Notes: generated by a model from the letters alone, not told the origin. A stretch of 64,000 nucleotides of DNA from a virus (IMGVR_UViG_3300028914_000059:116071-180070); one strand, 5' to 3'. Shown: positions 36,502-46,892, numbered from the stretch's first letter. Program-made: numbers and translations.

Positions 36502-36977
36502 TCACAGATATTGATGCCTTCAGCAGGAAGCTGAGACATATTATCAGCATTCACAAGGAAAAGACCGGTAAGTCTGCATTTCAGATGTCTAAGGACATCT
36601 ATATGGATCCGGCCTACTTTAACAGGCTCAAGAACGGTAAAGTCAGGCCGGGCAGCGAAATAATCAAGAGACTGGCTACTTACTTCGGAGTTTCCGAAGA
36701 TGTATTTCTGGAAAAGGAGAATGAATCCATGGGTAGAAATGTTGTGTTGAGCGAAGCTGACCTGAAAACTCTGGTTCAGAACTTCAGAGAAGCTCTAAGA
36801 AAGAAGCAGGACAAGTTCACTTCCCCATACTCCAAAGATCCGGATCATCCTCTGGAATTCGTAACAGGTTACTGCTATTATCTGCTTAAGTATCTTGAAA
36901 GTCAGTATGGTATCAAGCTGCTTACAGCAGAAGATGACGATATGTACAAGAAAAGGATTGGAGCTGATAAACAGTGA
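36483..36977 (+). CDS. XRE-family HTH protein
   Basis: NRLKNGKVRP..EIIKRLATYFGVS. Confidence 0.8.
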   Translation: MSKRGIITDIDAFSRKLRHIISIHKEKTGKSAFQMSKDIYMDPAYFNRLKNGKVRPGSEIIKRLATYFGVSEDVFLEKENESMGRNVVLSEADLKTLVQNFREALRKKQDKFTSPYSKDPDHPLEFVTGYCYYLLKYLESQYGIKLLTAEDDDMYKKRIGADKQ

Positions 36978-37249
36978 CTAGAGTCAAACAGATATATGTT
37001 CATCCTTTTCCGGCCAACTGTAAGTGCTGTCCCTTTTATGAAGATGAAGCCTACTTCTTTGGCCTTCTGAAAACAGGAAGATACTTCTGTCACGCACAGG
37101 ATCATGAGTTTGCTTTCAGATATACTCCAAATGCGGATTACGATTGGCAGATAGGTCATCCTGAATATGATGATTCAAGGTTGCCCAGTTGTCCATTGAA
37201 AAAGTGGGACTGGAAATTATTAAAAGAAAGGGAGGTAGAACAACAATGA
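36974..37249 (+). CDS. small Cys-rich protein
   Basis: PANCKCCPF...C...R...CPL. Confidence 0.75.
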   Translation: MTRVKQIYVHPFPANCKCCPFYEDEAYFFGLLKTGRYFCHAQDHEFAFRYTPNADYDWQIGHPEYDDSRLPSCPLKKWDWKLLKEREVEQQ

Positions 37250-37458
37250 AACGCTGGGTAACAGTATTGTGTTATAATAAAAACGGTCAACCAGCATTCG
37301 AGCGCACAAATGTGTTTGCAGCAGATGACTATGACGATGCTTGTCACAAAGGCGAAGCACTGCTGGATGAAAACTATCCATTGGCAGTCAGAGACGGTTA
37401 TAATAACTGGACTCTGGATGTAGATGCTTTGATGACAGAAGCAGCCAGAATAGGTTGA
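37246..37458 (+). CDS. hypothetical protein
   Basis: GGAGGT RBS. Confidence 0.7.
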   Translation: MKRWVTVLCYNKNGQPAFERTNVFAADDYDDACHKGEALLDENYPLAVRDGYNNWTLDVDALMTEAARIG

Positions 37459-37511
37459 TAGGTGGTGGGGAGAGTTATTTTCTCCCCATTATTTTTAATT
37501 GGAGATATAAT

Positions 37512-38123
37512 ATGGAAAAAGAGAATTCTGTAACTAAGGTGTTAAAACCTAGTGGCTGGTGTATAACACCTGTGCATGATAATGACTACATTGATTGCTT
37601 ACGGGTTACTGTAACAGATGTTATGGGACTTAAGTATTTTAAGAAAGCCTGCGAAGCAACTTCCGGTAAACCTATTCCTGAAGACAGAGTACTTCCCCTG
37701 CTCAGGAAAATGTATAAAGCTGAGCATTCTCCTATAAGGGAACGGAAGTTCTGGGTAGAGGTAAAGAACTGCCCAACTTTTGTAGCTAACCACTTCAGAA
37801 CACATAATGTGGGCGTGGAACATTTCCACCTGAGTCACAGGAGTGATAGAACAGGAGTTAAAGATCAGGAAAGCAACAGACTTACTCCCACGTCCTTCAG
37901 TTTCATGTGTAATGCTCAGAGCCTTATCAATATGGCCAGAAAAAGGTTGTGCCATAAAGCCAGCCCGGAAACCAGAGATGTAATGTGGCTGATAAAGCAA
38001 TGCCTGCTGGATGGAGTAGATTTCCCTCTTGGAGAATTGCTGGTACCGGAGTGTGACTATCGTAAAGGATGTAATGAATTGAAATCCTGTGGTAGATATG
38101 ATAATAATGGAGGCAGAAATTAA
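37512..38123 (+). CDS. thyX: ThyX-like flavin-dependent thymidylate synthase
   Basis: EHSP.RE, HFRTH...S.R, N...L......RLC..A..E.R, P.C....C.E..SCG. Confidence 0.75.
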   Translation: MEKENSVTKVLKPSGWCITPVHDNDYIDCLRVTVTDVMGLKYFKKACEATSGKPIPEDRVLPLLRKMYKAEHSPIRERKFWVEVKNCPTFVANHFRTHNVGVEHFHLSHRSDRTGVKDQESNRLTPTSFSFMCNAQSLINMARKRLCHKASPETRDVMWLIKQCLLDGVDFPLGELLVPECDYRKGCNELKSCGRYDNNGGRN

Positions 38124-38282
38124 TGGAAACCGTGCTTAGTAATTTCGTGAATATGTTGAACAATAACATGCAATCTTATATAACATATCTGTATGTGCAT
38201 GAACTTTGTGAGACTTTCGTAATACTGATGTTTGTAGGGCCGTTAATGTATTTTGCATGCAAACTGCTGAACAAAGCAATTA

Positions 38283-38543
38283 ATGAGTTTAAATAAGGAG
38301 TTTATTATGGATAGCTATGAAAAACTGGAAGGCAGAATTAAGGATGTTATTCGCAGTATAGATGTTATGCTGGGTGATAACATCAACTACGTAGGAGAAG
38401 GTGGCAATCCAGGCTATCCTACACCTTATGAAGCAGGTGCCATATGTGCCTGCAGAAATATTCAACGAATGCTTAAACAGGTATTAGAAGGAGACACAAC
38501 AAATGCAGGCAAAGATAGTCAAAAGACCGATATCAGGTCCTAG
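38283..38543 (+). CDS. hypothetical protein
   Basis: ORF within operon. Confidence 0.65.
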   Translation: MSLNKEFIMDSYEKLEGRIKDVIRSIDVMLGDNINYVGEGGNPGYPTPYEAGAICACRNIQRMLKQVLEGDTTNAGKDSQKTDIRS

Positions 38544-38772
38544 TCAGATAAGCACGGACGGATTCATCTGTCCGTATTGTCATTCTATCGAGGGAGAATA
38601 TCCTGAAGATTTCGGACACGGACGTAAGTTTACAGAACTCGACACCGTCGGAACAGCTACACATAAGTGTTCCTGCTGCGGCGGTTCTTATCAGGTCATC
38701 ATGGCCAGAACTATGACTATACATACATATGGCGTGGAGGAAGGCGATGGGAAGACTGAAAATATACGCTAA
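38503..38772 (+). CDS. Zn-ribbon protein
   Basis: CPYC...CSCCG. Confidence 0.75.
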   Translation: MQAKIVKRPISGPSQISTDGFICPYCHSIEGEYPEDFGHGRKFTELDTVGTATHKCSCCGGSYQVIMARTMTIHTYGVEEGDGKTENIR

Positions 38773-39409
38773 TCGTGTTCGGTGCAAAAAGTGTGGCGAA
38801 GTTATAGAAAGCAGATCAGTACATGACTTTAAACAGTGTCGCTGTGGAGCTATCTATACAGATGGCGGACTCGATTATATCCGCAGAGGCGGTGACCCTG
38901 ACCAGATGGAAGACTACAGTCTGACTACCGAAGGTAAGAAATTAGGTGCTTACCCATCAGAGTACTGGTATGATTTTAAACCTGTGCATACATGGGAGTA
39001 CAAGGTGAAACTACAGCCTGGAAAAAATGACTGTCACCCATTTACTGATGAGGGCGAAAACCCTTATCTGATGGTAAAGATAGAGTCTTACGACAGGGAC
39101 GCAATGCCTCGGGCTGTGGAATTGAAGTCCATAATATTAGATAACATCAGATGCGAAGATGGGAAATATCATGAGACTAAAAAAGAGAACTGGAAAATGG
39201 AAAAACAGTTCAAGAATGATATCAGAGTATATCCCACATGTCATTACCCAGCCAGAATAAGAGTCTGGGGAGCTGATGACGAATCATACACAGCAACAAA
39301 ACCCTGTCCTGATGAATGTCTGGTTATGCTATATAATATGAGAGACATAGTAGCAGAAGGCGGGAATCTCTGGGATTATCTCATAGACAATATGGTACAC
39401 ACTAACTAA
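38747..39409 (+). CDS. Zn-binding hypothetical protein
   Basis: CKKCGEVIES...HDF..C.CG...DGG. Confidence 0.8.
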   Translation: MGRLKIYANRVRCKKCGEVIESRSVHDFKQCRCGAIYTDGGLDYIRRGGDPDQMEDYSLTTEGKKLGAYPSEYWYDFKPVHTWEYKVKLQPGKNDCHPFTDEGENPYLMVKIESYDRDAMPRAVELKSIILDNIRCEDGKYHETKKENWKMEKQFKNDIRVYPTCHYPARIRVWGADDESYTATKPCPDECLVMLYNMRDIVAEGGNLWDYLIDNMVHTN

Positions 39410-39481
39410 AGTTAAGGCCCTCCTTTCGGTATAAGTTATCTGTAGGCAAACAGATACACTTTATTTAAAGGAGGGGCTATT

Positions 39482-39724
39482 ATGAGACGCAGCCCAGAAG
39501 TGTATCCATTCAAGCTCAGCGATATGGGAATGCCCTTGGAGGGCAAGCCCAAAGAAATTGTTGAGCTATTTATTAGCTTTGCCAACAAAATAGGTAAAGC
39601 TATAGAGAGGGAGTTGACAGAATCAGCTCCTTCTAAGAAAGAGTTCTTTCAGAATTGGGAAAGAGCCCGTAAATGGTATAGAGAAGCCAGGCGAGCTAAA
39701 AAGTTTTTGAAAGAACATTACTGA
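39482..39724 (+). CDS. small basic protein
   Basis: promoter motif at 39428, AAGGAGG RBS. Confidence 0.7.
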   Translation: MRRSPEVYPFKLSDMGMPLEGKPKEIVELFISFANKIGKAIERELTESAPSKKEFFQNWERARKWYREARRAKKFLKEHY

Positions 39725-39926
39725 TGCATGCCTGGGGAGCAGCTCCTTTAGAGTGACCTCTACAAGCGGTCGGAACTCTGGACAAGGAACTGCTCCCTTG
39801 TCATATTTAATCACCTTCATTAGAGGGGGCCAATAGAGATATCTCTATCGGTCTCCTCTCTTTTTATTTCATATTTTTAGGTATAAGTGAATTGTTCCGG
39901 AACTTAAATATATAAAGGAGGCAAAA

Positions 39927-40118
39927 ATGGAAGGAACAATAATAAACAAGGCCTTGGCCAAGAGATTTGAAAATAGTACTCTGGGGGATATTCTATTCAG
40001 TAACGCGAAGTCTGTAAAAAAACATATCAGCTCAGAATATAGACCTAAGGCACCCAGATGGTTTCAACGCCATCAAAGTAAACGAATAGCTGAAGGCTTT
40101 AAAGTTCCCAACGAATAA
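39927..40118 (+). CDS. small basic protein, first gene after the Ubl-operon promoter
   Basis: AAGGAGG RBS after promoter motif at 39880. Confidence 0.7.
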   Translation: MEGTIINKALAKRFENSTLGDILFSNAKSVKKHISSEYRPKAPRWFQRHQSKRIAEGFKVPNE

Positions 40119-40174
40119 GGACGTCAGGGCGGGAGTTTATTTCCTGCCCTTATTTTTTACATAAGGAGTGACAT

Positions 40175-40720
40175 ATGTCAGCAATAGTTAGTACTAATCC
40201 ATGTGCGACAGAGCGATGCCCACGTTGTGGTGCAGGTCCCGAGAATATTTTTATTACCTCGGTAGAATTGGAAGAGACCGACCCACTGGTCTCATATTTT
40301 AAACATTTTGTAGATTTACATGGCTGCAAGAAATGTAAATTTACATGGGCAGAAAATGAAGCTTGTTATACGACAAGTCAGGTAGCCCAGTTTCTTATGA
40401 ACAGCTTTGTATCTCAGGTTAAGGAAGAGCTTAGTAATCGAGTTCAGACGCAGGTGTGGTTTGATGAAGTTACGAAATTGCTAAAGAAAGAAAAAGTATT
40501 ACCGGCCACATATGCTTTTGATAAAGCTAAAGGCTATGCTGAAAATTACCTGGATCTGCTTATAAAAGTCAATGACTTTATAACCAGTTCCAGTAGAGAA
40601 GAGTTGCTCGACCTGTATCAGGCATGGGCAATATATATGGAAGAACCACCAGAAGTGGTACCGGATGTTGATTCATTATCGGATCCATCTACTACTGACA
40701 AGGTTCTAATCGACGATTAA
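40175..40720 (+). CDS. Zn-ribbon protein
   Basis: CPRCG...CKKCKFTW. Confidence 0.8.
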   Translation: MSAIVSTNPCATERCPRCGAGPENIFITSVELEETDPLVSYFKHFVDLHGCKKCKFTWAENEACYTTSQVAQFLMNSFVSQVKEELSNRVQTQVWFDEVTKLLKKEKVLPATYAFDKAKGYAENYLDLLIKVNDFITSSSREELLDLYQAWAIYMEEPPEVVPDVDSLSDPSTTDKVLIDD

Positions 40721-40732
40721 GGAGGAAAACTG

Positions 40733-43700
40733 ATGGATTCAAATGAATTCATGGATAGGTGGAATAACAGACCTAATATAGAGTCAGACTCAGTAATTAG
40801 TCTGGCAAAATTTATGTCAGAAATGGATAACAAGACAGAAGAAGTAGTTACGGCGATAGATCCTAAGGTAACAACACTTCAGTCATCAAAGGCTGTAGCT
40901 GATTTTGTCCTGGACGTTAAGGCTTCAGACAGTTGGATAGAACCTATAGGGATAGCTTTATCCAAAGGTCGTGACAAGTTCATAGAAACCTGGAGAGCTT
41001 ACGTATCAGCCTGTTCTGATATAACAGAAGAAATATCTGATATATTACCGGACAGTGCTGCTGATAATCTTAACGCTACTATAGCTGCCCTGATGGAAAA
41101 ACATGGTCAGGCTAAAAAAGATACACCGGTTACTGATAATCTGTGTACTCTGTTCATTAAGAACTGCTGGGCTGGCTGTTCCCCTGAAATATGTAAAGCC
41201 GTAGATAAGATATATCTTAGCACTGGTAATATGACCAAGACAGCTTTCAAAGCATTGAACCGGGCAGTATATGATGCATTTCTGGCAGCCTCAAATATGC
41301 CATCTGAAAGCATAGTCAAGAGAATAGACTTTGGCAATGCAAACTGTAGGAGGGGCATCATAAACCAGACTCCGGTAGATATTCCAGGAGTAGGTTCTGT
41401 GAAGACTGTTGCAGCTTACAGACATACAATAAGTAATCTCGGAATGGATGAGGTTCAAAAAAATATCCATAATGCTACTGTCCATGACGGTTATCTTGTG
41501 TGGCTGGAAGACAGCAGATGCAAAGCACACACTTTACTGCATCTAGGGAAAGCCCCGGACAGTGGCATAATAGTTCATACGACTTCTGACTATTATCACG
41601 CCTCGACAGCTTCCAGCAGTATTACAAAACCTCAGAAAAGCAAAAAAGAGCTTGAGGAACGTATGAAGGAAGTACGAGCTGAGATAACCGGCCAGGTCGC
41701 AGGAGTAAACTGGGATAAGATGTCCACTATACTGAATGTTCTGGAAGAAATGGTGGATGATACTCTCACCAGCATAATTCGTGAGGTTATCAGACCTGAC
41801 CATGCAATAGAAGATCTAGTCAGTATATTCTTCCATCTATATGCTGATGGGACTATTCTTCGTGCTGGCTATATGCCAACTAACAAGAGAAAAATACCGG
41901 ATCTGGAAAAGAACCCATTCTGTGAACTGTTCCAGAGAGGTCTCTGCATTCCAATAAACTCCAACGGTCAGCAGATAGACAGAAACAGTATAGTAAAATC
42001 TATTATAGGTCTGTTGATAACTCCTGTTGATAAACTCAGAGTTGGTGCCGGTGACGTTATAGGACTGAAGCATATCGAAGATGTGGCTGAGCTTGTGAAG
42101 GTTCCAGTCAATACTGTAAGAGCTGCAGCTTTCCTGTTCGGTGTGACATATTATGATTCACTGGTGTGTTCCAGAGATACCGACACAGAAGGTGGCTCAT
42201 GGGGTGCAGACAGTAAATATAAATATTCACAGGCAGTAAAATTCAATGTCGGGCTTACCAATGTAATAAAAAGTAGTGGCTTCATGGATTTGATAGCTGA
42301 AGGTATAGAAAAATCCTTTAACCTGCTGATAGCTGCATTGAATCAGGTAATATTCCTTCCGGAAAAGTTACCAAGATCTCATGGTATAGCTCTCAGAAGA
42401 ACCCTGATGTCATTTCCTGAACTGTTGATGTTTAATGTTCCTGAACTGCTCAAGACTACTCTTCATAGTGTAATATCTCCAGCAATGGGTATATTGAAGG
42501 ATATAGGATTAAAGGCAGCAGCTGAAATTGCAGCTTCTGATATGGCGGCTACTTCAAGAAAGTACAGAATCTTGTTCGGACTCAGTAATGAGCTTGTTCA
42601 TCTAGTAATCCGTCAGAACAGAAGGGATGCCGGCTGGGAAGAATCTATGAATGCAGCGATTCCATATGCAAGTATGGCAGCACAATTCAAGCACGGTACT
42701 TCATTTCCTATAAACTTCAAGATATATGAAGATGAACCAAGTAAAAACCTGTCTTTGTTACGAGGGACAAGATACCCGGATCAGGAGCAGGAAACAACTG
42801 ATTCAGTCATAGATCAGATGGCTCGCCATGACACACCACCTAAGCTGGAATTTACCAATGCATCCAACACAGCTTTGAATATGTTCGGTATGGTGTCCAA
42901 GATTGCGTCTAACCTCAAAGCATTCTATACTAAGGTTGAAAGCGAAATAGTCAAGAATGTTGAGGATGAACAGCAGAAAAAGGCCTTCCACGAAAGGATA
43001 TGGAGTATGTATCCTGCAATGGAAACAAAACCGGTACTTATCATAAACGATACTATTGGGAATCTGATGTTCAGTACTCACTATGGTGGTATTATCCAGA
43101 AGGCTGATAGGCTTGTTCTTGAAAAAGAATACTGCAGAGCAAGAGCTGCTTTGGAAAGTGCATACTATATAGTAGCAAACAGCAGACCTCTGGTTCCAGC
43201 GGAATTACCTGACAAGGACAAGCTCTGGGAAGACTTTATTGATGATAGATGTGTTGTAACGGATGCTATGCGTAATGCCATCAACAGTAACAAGAAGATG
43301 GTAAAGCCAAGTCTGGAATCAGGCTTTGGATGCAAAACATTCATTGCACGCAGAAGAAATCATCAGACATTCAACCAGGCAGCTAATCGTTTCTGCACGG
43401 AACTGGCAAGGGCTTACGGACATCTTCCCCGATTAGGCTTCCCGTTCCAGGTTGTAAATGATCCGATTGTTGAACTGGATAAAATATATAGTCGGATGAC
43501 GGATTCATATTCTGCTGTAATGACTATAGCCGGACCTGATGCTACCAGCCTAGGCAGACTTCCGGAAATATGGGCTCAGGAAGAAGGGGGTCCTCGTGTT
43601 GCTATGATTCCTGATCTTGAAATAGTAGATATGACATATAGCAACGAAATACTAGAAGGCAGAATAAATGCTGAATCACACATAGAATCTCCCAGAACAC

Positions 43701-45805
43701 AGAACAGGGACACTATACTTGTAGGTCTGAGTCAGACTGAAATAGTAGAAGATACTACTCTGTTGTGGAAAATATCAGCTGCCGGCAACTCTGCTTCTCA
43801 CGGGTATCCTGCGCGTTCATTCTGGTCTATGGAGAAGATAGCCCGAACACCGGATGCCTATGATGGTTATGCAGTTTCAGGATATGTAGCCTCTCAGGCA
43901 GAAAATACGTATCTGAACGGGAATTGTGAAACAGCTATCGAAGAAGCAAACAATGCAGTGTCAATTACATATGCTGTTCTTGAGCCTTGTCTGGACCTGC
44001 CCAAAGTATACGATAAATACTGTGGGTTGCTGAAAGATGAGGAAGAAAAGAAAGCAGAAACTATCTCCACCATTAATATGGCTTCCTGGCCGGAATGGAA
44101 AGATATAGCAGACAGCAGATATACAAGAAGGGAATATGATGAGCAGGTAATGCGAAATGTCATGGACCCTAAAACCCGATTGTTGAAACGTCCGTGCCTG
44201 CTCCCATATGCAGAAACATTTGATATACACTCACATGTATATTTGTATGTAGATATGGGCAGAAGTGGTAGAAACGAAAGGGCGGCATTCTATACTATGG
44301 CTATTCTGGGCCTGAGCAATGTAAAGGAAATGTTCAGAAAAGCTGAGGAGCATGCCAAGGAAACTGAAGAACGCATGAAGCAGAGCAAGTCAGCTGCAGC
44401 CACTGTAAAGACGGATCCTGAGTCCTATATAGAAGGTGAAGTCACCAGAAGAATCAGTGATGTTAAGCTGTCTGCTGCCAAACGTCAGATAGAAGAAAAG
44501 ATGGAACAGCTTCGCAGGATGAAGGATGACTATATCAAGTACTATAACAAGTACAAACCCGAAATCCAGAAATATCGACATACAATGGCTGAGGGACGCG
44601 AACTCAAGGCCAGTGGTGCTATAATGGGAGCTGATGAAGAAAAGCTGAAAGCTATGATAGCTAAGGGAACGCTCCGTGGAGTAAGAATCTATGGAACATA
44701 TCCTAAGCTGAAAGCAATAGCTTATCTGCCATCCACATATATCTGGGTCGGTCCGTTCATCTATAACATAGGTGAAATAGCAGTCAAGATAGACAACTGG
44801 GGCACACCTAACGCTCAGGTCAGGTTCTACGGCAAGTTCTCACCGAAAGGTATGCTGCTGACAGCTCTGGAAGGATGTTCTACATTGCAGGAGGGCGCTA
44901 TGCAATGGATACAGGATGATATAGGAGATTATATAGATGCACCTCACGTAAGAAACAATACTGCCTGTCTAGGTAATATTGATACTGCTCTTCGTCAGGC
45001 CAGCAACGATCTTAGTCTCTCGCAATATATCCAGTACTGTTCCAGATATCTGCATACTGTAAATCTGGGTGACCATTATGGCAAATCCATAGTCAAGTGG
45101 CCAGCTGTCCCAGCTACATTCCACAATCTGGTCAAGTATGGTGCTCTGTGCAGTGGTAGAATAACAGATAGAATAGCAGTAATGACCGGTGCTCCATATA
45201 AGAATGATAATACCGGGTGGGCTATGTTCCTGCGACCTATGAACTGGGATAAGGAATTCGGAGGTAATGATGCTGTAGTCAAGGCTCTATGGGCTCATGC
45301 CAAGAGGGATCTTGATGAAGAAAAGTATGTTACTTCCGACCTTAGTGCAGCTCAGTTGTATGAAATGTATCCTAAATTAAGGGACGCATCTAACCAGTGG
45401 GTGTATGGTACTGTTGTAAGGCCAGCCGTTGACAGTCACGGTTTTGACATAACCTGCTGCCAGGCTGGGGAACGAATCATGCCGGACGTAAGACCAGGAG
45501 TTCCCCAGTACTGTTATGCAGAAATGGAAAGAATATGTGCCAGCGAACATCCGGGGTATGAGTTCTCACGTATGTTTGCACCTGATGCTGGAGTAGCCCG
45601 GAATCAGCTGGCCTGGCAGGACAGAGGGTATACAGACTCTGCTTCTATAAAGCTGGAAATGTTAAAGGGCTCACCTTTGATAGATTATCCAAAAGAAGTA
45701 GATGATGTCGACCCTAAACATCCACCGTTACCAGCATCAGCACTTCTTAAACAGGAAGCGGAATTGGCTGAATGGGAAGATGCTGACGAGCTGCCGTTCG
45801 AGTAA
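40733..45805 (+). CDS. 1690-aa protein with C-terminal prokaryotic E2-like domain
   Basis: coiled coil then PHVRNNTACLGN (Cys1412)...YL.TVN..D.YG....WP; next to JAB, E1 and Ubl genes. Confidence 0.65.
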   Translation: MDSNEFMDRWNNRPNIESDSVISLAKFMSEMDNKTEEVVTAIDPKVTTLQSSKAVADFVLDVKASDSWIEPIGIALSKGRDKFIETWRAYVSACSDITEEISDILPDSAADNLNATIAALMEKHGQAKKDTPVTDNLCTLFIKNCWAGCSPEICKAVDKIYLSTGNMTKTAFKALNRAVYDAFLAASNMPSESIVKRIDFGNANCRRGIINQTPVDIPGVGSVKTVAAYRHTISNLGMDEVQKNIHNATVHDGYLVWLEDSRCKAHTLLHLGKAPDSGIIVHTTSDYYHASTASSSITKPQKSKKELEERMKEVRAEITGQVAGVNWDKMSTILNVLEEMVDDTLTSIIREVIRPDHAIEDLVSIFFHLYADGTILRAGYMPTNKRKIPDLEKNPFCELFQRGLCIPINSNGQQIDRNSIVKSIIGLLITPVDKLRVGAGDVIGLKHIEDVAELVKVPVNTVRAAAFLFGVTYYDSLVCSRDTDTEGGSWGADSKYKYSQAVKFNVGLTNVIKSSGFMDLIAEGIEKSFNLLIAALNQVIFLPEKLPRSHGIALRRTLMSFPELLMFNVPELLKTTLHSVISPAMGILKDIGLKAAAEIAASDMAATSRKYRILFGLSNELVHLVIRQNRRDAGWEESMNAAIPYASMAAQFKHGTSFPINFKIYEDEPSKNLSLLRGTRYPDQEQETTDSVIDQMARHDTPPKLEFTNASNTALNMFGMVSKIASNLKAFYTKVESEIVKNVEDEQQKKAFHERIWSMYPAMETKPVLIINDTIGNLMFSTHYGGIIQKADRLVLEKEYCRARAALESAYYIVANSRPLVPAELPDKDKLWEDFIDDRCVVTDAMRNAINSNKKMVKPSLESGFGCKTFIARRRNHQTFNQAANRFCTELARAYGHLPRLGFPFQVVNDPIVELDKIYSRMTDSYSAVMTIAGPDATSLGRLPEIWAQEEGGPRVAMIPDLEIVDMTYSNEILEGRINAESHIESPRTQNRDTILVGLSQTEIVEDTTLLWKISAAGNSASHGYPARSFWSMEKIARTPDAYDGYAVSGYVASQAENTYLNGNCETAIEEANNAVSITYAVLEPCLDLPKVYDKYCGLLKDEEEKKAETISTINMASWPEWKDIADSRYTRREYDEQVMRNVMDPKTRLLKRPCLLPYAETFDIHSHVYLYVDMGRSGRNERAAFYTMAILGLSNVKEMFRKAEEHAKETEERMKQSKSAAATVKTDPESYIEGEVTRRISDVKLSAAKRQIEEKMEQLRRMKDDYIKYYNKYKPEIQKYRHTMAEGRELKASGAIMGADEEKLKAMIAKGTLRGVRIYGTYPKLKAIAYLPSTYIWVGPFIYNIGEIAVKIDNWGTPNAQVRFYGKFSPKGMLLTALEGCSTLQEGAMQWIQDDIGDYIDAPHVRNNTACLGNIDTALRQASNDLSLSQYIQYCSRYLHTVNLGDHYGKSIVKWPAVPATFHNLVKYGALCSGRITDRIAVMTGAPYKNDNTGWAMFLRPMNWDKEFGGNDAVVKALWAHAKRDLDEEKYVTSDLSAAQLYEMYPKLRDASNQWVYGTVVRPAVDSHGFDITCCQAGERIMPDVRPGVPQYCYAEMERICASEHPGYEFSRMFAPDAGVARNQLAWQDRGYTDSASIKLEMLKGSPLIDYPKEVDDVDPKHPPLPASALLKQEAELAEWEDADELPFE

Positions 45806-45869
45806 TAATGTGATGTAAAGCCTGGGGAGAAATCTCCAGGCTATTCTTAATAAACTAAGGAGTAAAACA

Positions 45870-46853
45870 ATGTCGATGGATTTCGAGTTTGGAAACAAGT
45901 CATTCTGTCCTAGAATTGATGTATCATACATGGCTCAGATGAAAATGGACATGTATGTTGAAATCGCCCAGAAAGAGGTGGGCTGGTATGGTCTCGTCGA
46001 AAGGACGGGTGAGAGTACGTTCTACATACACGATGTATATATGATAGAACAGGAAGTAAATGCTGCAACTACTGAAATAGATCCTATGGGTCTGGCTAAG
46101 CTGAAAACCACTCTGTGGAAGAGTGGCATCATAAACGCTGAAAACCAGTCAAAGATAGGATTGTATCTCTGGGGTCACAGTCATGTCAACATGGGCACAG
46201 GCCCCTCTGGTCAGGATAACAGCCAGCTGGAGAGTATAATAACTACCAGTAATCCACCATTCTTCATCCGATTAATTCAAAACAAGAAGGGTGAGAAGAA
46301 TATCGTGCTGTTCATCAACAATATCCCGATGTTACAGAGTATGACCATCAAGCAGCCCATATGGTCTCCGGAACCTAATCCTGCGGTGGCTGAACTTATG
46401 GAACAGCTGAAAGTTGAAATGAAGGAAAAGGTTAAGGACAAGGCCGTATATACAACACCTGCTTATGGTAACTACTATAGTGGCAAAGGCTATAAAGCAT
46501 ATGACAGTGTCTATGGAACATATGGTCTGTATGATGATGAGTATGATGCCTATGACGCTGGCATAACCACAGCCGAAGACGGTGTCCCTGAAATAACCGG
46601 AACTAAGACTCTTGGTAAGGTAGCCAGAAAGGCCGCTCCAGTCAATAGTTATAAAAGACCAGTTGGCCGCCCACCAAAGGCAGCCGCAGCAGCTAAGAAA
46701 GTTCCCGCAGAAGTTATCCCGCCGGCACCAGCGCTACCTTCACTGGCCAGTGCACGCAAGACTACTGAAGAAATACTAGCGAGGTATTCCCAACAAGCAG
46801 ACTTTCCTAATGTTACTAAAGACGATCTGGGAATACCTGATAAGGTGGTCTAA
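45870..46853 (+). CDS. JAB/JAMM metallopeptidase (deubiquitinase-like)
   Basis: EVGW...HSHVNMGTGPSGQD fits E...HxHx7Sx2D exactly. Confidence 0.9.
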   Translation: MSMDFEFGNKSFCPRIDVSYMAQMKMDMYVEIAQKEVGWYGLVERTGESTFYIHDVYMIEQEVNAATTEIDPMGLAKLKTTLWKSGIINAENQSKIGLYLWGHSHVNMGTGPSGQDNSQLESIITTSNPPFFIRLIQNKKGEKNIVLFINNIPMLQSMTIKQPIWSPEPNPAVAELMEQLKVEMKEKVKDKAVYTTPAYGNYYSGKGYKAYDSVYGTYGLYDDEYDAYDAGITTAEDGVPEITGTKTLGKVARKAAPVNSYKRPVGRPPKAAAAAKKVPAEVIPPAPALPSLASARKTTEEILARYSQQADFPNVTKDDLGIPDKVV

Positions 46854-46892
46854 AATTCTGGTATAAGTGAATTGTTTGAAAGGAGATTTATC

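Noticed and set aside
39733-39800. SRP 4.5S RNA
   Set aside because: Lacks the conserved domain IV CAGG/GGAA/AGCA motif
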